DNA of 60,706 nucleotides from a virus (lineage: Duplodnaviria; Caudoviricetes): IMG/VR virus record IMGVR_UViG_3300031451_000004, positions 1 to 60,706 of that record. One strand, given 5' to 3'. Both the position numbers and the translations under genes were made by a program. How positions within the stretch are numbered: position 1 is the first letter of the stretch; each line of letters begins with the position of its first letter. Below are positions 58,087 to 60,706 of this stretch, one piece after another. Under the pieces are notes generated by a model. The model made no database searches. It had not been told where the DNA came from and worked only from the letters and a program-made list of their open reading frames with translations.

Positions 58087-58265
58087 TCCCCGATTGGAAA
58101 AGGCAAGAATATGCACACTGACATCTATTCCCCGTATCGCTTTGTAAGCCGCCAAACTTCACGTAATCGTGAAAAGACAGTTTAAAACAATAGTGTATAG
58201 ATGTGCGACCGAAAACGGCGCTGGAACGCCGCTTCCGGTCTAAACCTAACAATTGGAGCAACCCA

Positions 58266-58871
58266 ATGGCTAAATCTGCGAGTAGTTCTAGCACAATTCG
58301 GCTTCCCCGGTTTGATCTTCGTGATATGTCGATCAAACTTATCGGTGATTCCCAACTCGTTTGCCATGCCTGGTCCCAGAAGGCCAAAATGGAAATGCTG
58401 GGCAAGCAAATGAAGCGAGCCAAGGAAGCCAAGGCCGCCAAGGACCCACATCAAGACTTCATGGATAGCCTCTATCCCATGCCGGACGGTAACGGCTACG
58501 GCTTCCCTGCCATTGCTTTTAAAGCAGCAGCAGTTGATGCCTGCAGCTCCGTCGAAGGAATAACCAAGGTTGAAGCGCGCATGGCGTTTCATATTGACCG
58601 GGACCTGCTACTGATCGAAGCCAGCCCGCCTACAATGCGAGAAGATATGGTTCGTGTCGGTATGGGAACGGCAGATATCCGCTATCGCGGATCATTCGAC
58701 CCTTGGTCGGTTACGGTGCCATTGCGTTATAACGCAAACGCTTTGTCGGCTGAACAAATCGTGCATCTTTTTAATACTGCGGGTTTTGGTATCGGCATTG
58801 GCGAGCACCGTCCACAACGGGACGGCTCATGGGGTCGGTTCCATGTCGCATCTGTGCAGGAGGCTGGCTAA
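58266..58871 (+). CDS. Solitary Cas7/RAMP-like protein (candidate Vipr-type RNA-guided effector)
   Basis: IKLIGDSQLVCH first strand, FPAIAFKAA helix, IRYRGSF-x-PW, Gly-rich loop AGFGIGIGEHRP-x3-GSWGRF; GGAG RBS at 58255. Confidence 0.8.
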   Translation: MAKSASSSSTIRLPRFDLRDMSIKLIGDSQLVCHAWSQKAKMEMLGKQMKRAKEAKAAKDPHQDFMDSLYPMPDGNGYGFPAIAFKAAAVDACSSVEGITKVEARMAFHIDRDLLLIEASPPTMREDMVRVGMGTADIRYRGSFDPWSVTVPLRYNANALSAEQIVHLFNTAGFGIGIGEHRPQRDGSWGRFHVASVQEAG

Positions 58872-59434
58872 TGATTAGCAAAACCGTTTTTGAAAACATG
58901 AATTCATCAACCTATGCTTGGAAGGCAGGGAGCCGCTCGCCCGTGCCAGCGCAAGTCGCAGGAGAGGAGTTGACTGATATTCAGGAAGCAAATGGAGACT
59001 TTTTTACTCCAGCTTCTGTCGTGTTTGCGGCACGTCCCAAGAATGCGCCCTTGCATCCTGCTTTTGAATGGAATGACAAGAAAGCTGCGGCAGCACATCG
59101 AGAAGATCAAGCTCGCTATCTAATTCGCAACATCGTTATGGTGAACCCAGAAAAGCCGAAAAACACGGCTGTTCGGGCTTTTGTGTCAATCTCTCACACC
59201 AGCGCAGAAGATGATATCTGCGCCAAACGCTATACATCCACGATACACGCGATGACAGACAAAGACTTACGCGAACAGGTCCTGGCCCAGGCGCAGTCAG
59301 ACTGGCGCGCGTTTGCGCGGAAATATGCGCAGTTCCTCGATCTAGCCGAAATGGCCGCGGCTTTCGATACGGCTAATATTCGTGCGCAAAAAGCACAAAG
59401 CGTTTTGCAGGATCAGCAAAACGCGGCTGCGTAA
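58871..59434 (+). CDS. Accessory protein of the RAMP locus
   Basis: TAATG coupling; TPASVVFAAR...PLHPAFEWND...QARYLIR. Confidence 0.75.
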   Translation: MISKTVFENMNSSTYAWKAGSRSPVPAQVAGEELTDIQEANGDFFTPASVVFAARPKNAPLHPAFEWNDKKAAAAHREDQARYLIRNIVMVNPEKPKNTAVRAFVSISHTSAEDDICAKRYTSTIHAMTDKDLREQVLAQAQSDWRAFARKYAQFLDLAEMAAAFDTANIRAQKAQSVLQDQQNAAA

Positions 59435-59438
59435 TCAA

Positions 59439-60265
59439 GGCAGACAGGGCGAGGCAGGCAAGGCCTGGCGCGGCGTGGCCTGGCGTGGCAGGGCAGGGCA
59501 CGGCGAGGCATGGCAGGGCAGGCAAGGCAAGGCACGGCTCGGCGTGGCTCGGCAGGGCGGGGTAAGGCAGGCAAGGCAGGGCGTGGCTAGCTATGGCGAG
59601 GCAGGCATGGCACGGCCCGGCGAGACTGGGCACGGCGCAGCGCGGCACGGCACGGCAGGCGTGGTCGGGCGCGGTGCGGCTTGGCTAGGCAAGCCTGGGC
59701 AAGGCATGGCAGGCAAGGCAGGGCACGGCGCGGTCGGGCTTGGCATGGCTCGGCAGGGCAAGACAGGGCAGGCGAGGCAAGGCGCGGCCAGGCTCGGCAT
59801 GGCCGGGCGCGGCTCGGCGAGGCAGGCATGGCATGGCAGGGCAAGACAGGGCAGGCGAGGCAAGGCGCGGCCAGGCTCGGCATGGCCGGGCGCGGCTCGG
59901 CGAGGCAGGCATGGCATGGCAGGCAAGGCCCGGCGCGGCGCGGCGCGGCAAGGCTCGGCATGGCGCGGCATGGCAGGCAAGGCAGGGCGTGGCTAGCTAT
60001 GGCGAGGCAGGCAGAGCAAGGCGCGGCAAGGCGCGGCGCGGCGGGGCAGGCCATGGCAGGCTCGGCATGGCATGGCGGGGCTCGGCGCGGCATGTCTCGG
60101 CAGGGCAGGCGGGGCGCGGCGTGGCCTGGCAAGGCATGGCGTGGCGAGGCATGGCAGGCATGGCACGGCCCGGCGCGGCACGGCTTGGCGTGGCAAGTCT
60201 GGGCATGTCAGGGCAGGGCAGGCTCGGCAAGGCGCGGCATGGCGGGGCGCGGCTCGGCATGTCAA
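59439..60265 (+). repeat. Non-coding GGY-NN pentamer array (candidate guide-RNA array)
   Basis: Manual parse gives 151 pentamers (133 GGC, 4 GGT, 14 variant triplets) plus 18 GGCA tetramers, totalling 827 bp. All 16 NN dinucleotides occur. Confidence 0.9.
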
Positions 60266-60272
60266 CGCAAGG

Positions 60273-60304
60273 AACCAGCAAGAGGCAAAACCTCTTGCTG
60301 GTTT
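60273..60304 (+). terminator. Hairpin closing the array
   Basis: AACCAGCAAGAGG-CAAAA-CCTCTTGCTGGTT, a perfect 13-bp stem. Confidence 0.8.
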
Positions 60305-60339
60305 ACCGCACCGTCACATGCAGAGCTGGATACTCAGAA

Positions 60340-60550
60340 GCAGGAAAGGTGGTGGGAGGCTCCCAAGTGTGAGGGTCACGAGGGTTACTGTCGGGTTACT
60401 GAGGCGAGCGTGTTGGCTGGTTCCGGGTAAGGACGCTCCAGCATTCCACGACGCATTCAGTCCGGTCATACTGTCGTGGCGAACCGGAGTAGGGGATGCG
60501 GCTGCGCCTCACTGCTGAAGGCCGCCATCGCCTCCCACCACCTTTTCTGC
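60340..60550 (+). ncRNA. Candidate structured RNA of unknown class
   Basis: A 21-bp terminal stem (60340-60360 with 60530-60550, one G-U) encloses several internal helices. Confidence 0.4.
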
Positions 60551-60579
60551 AAGCAGATCACTAGAAACCGGAGTTCGTG

Positions 60580-60706
60580 ATGCGATTGACCCCCGAACAG
60601 CAGACCGAGATCGACGCCCAGCGAGAGGCCGCAGCCTCCACCCGGCGCGCCACTGTGCCCGCACTGGAAGAAATGCTGTATCGCGCGCTGCCCGTGCTCG
60701 ACCACG
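60580..60706 (+). CDS. thyX: ThyX N-terminal part (3'-truncated at the window edge)
   Basis: GGAG RBS; MRLTPEQQTEID...TRRATVPALEEMLY...VLDH is the alphaproteobacterial ThyX N-terminus. Confidence 0.85.
   Translation, partial: MRLTPEQQTEIDAQREAAASTRRATVPALEEMLYRALPVLDH

Larger units (their letters stand above)
1..60706. mobile_element. Near-complete HK97-like siphovirus genome or prophage, opened within thyX
   Basis: Complete packaging, head, tail, lysis and replication modules are present. The two window ends encode successive parts of ThyX. Confidence 0.92.

Noticed and set aside
58203-58265. Longer GTG start for the RAMP gene
   Set aside because: It covers the putative promoter and a leader hairpin; GGAG precedes ATG58266.
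59439-60265. Canonical CRISPR array or simple satellite
   Set aside because: There are no 23-50 bp direct repeats with spacers. The NN positions use all 16 dinucleotides while GGY stays fixed, unlike a homogenised satellite.
59373-60518. Many long overlapping ORFs on both strands (ARQGRAWHG/PCRAMP-like proteins)
   Set aside because: They are artefacts of the stop-poor GGC-NN repeat. A 5-nt period with 4-nt breaks is incompatible with codon structure.
60340-60550. Hammerhead ribozyme, tRNA or retron msr-msd
   Set aside because: No CUGANGA/GAAA core, no cloverleaf with a TTCGA loop, and no RT gene in the window.

Overview
The window is an apparently near-complete ~60.8 kb HK97-type (siphovirus-like) phage genome, probably of an alphaproteobacterial host. 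It is opened inside thyX: the thyX 3' part is at base 1 and the thyX 5' part is at the window end. The minus strand carries HNH-terS-terL-portal-protease-capsid-neck-tail tube-chaperone (with a -1 frameshift). It also carries a separate tail-tip block with three large multi-domain glycoside-hydrolase fibres (GH16, GH26, clan GH-A), a primase-helicase/SF2/Sak4/Cas4-like replication module containing a fourth glycoside hydrolase, a lysis cassette, and a tape measure protein with a GH73-like domain. No integrase was recognised. The standout is at 58266-60303: a solitary Cas7/RAMP-like gene, a translationally coupled accessory gene, and an 827-bp non-coding array of GGY-NN pentamers cut into segments by GGCA tetramers and closed by a perfect hairpin. 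This looks like a phage RNA-guided system with a gapped (dinucleotide) targeting code. From memory it matches the architecture reported for VIPR systems, which I could not verify here. All family calls come from motifs read by eye; no database searches were run.
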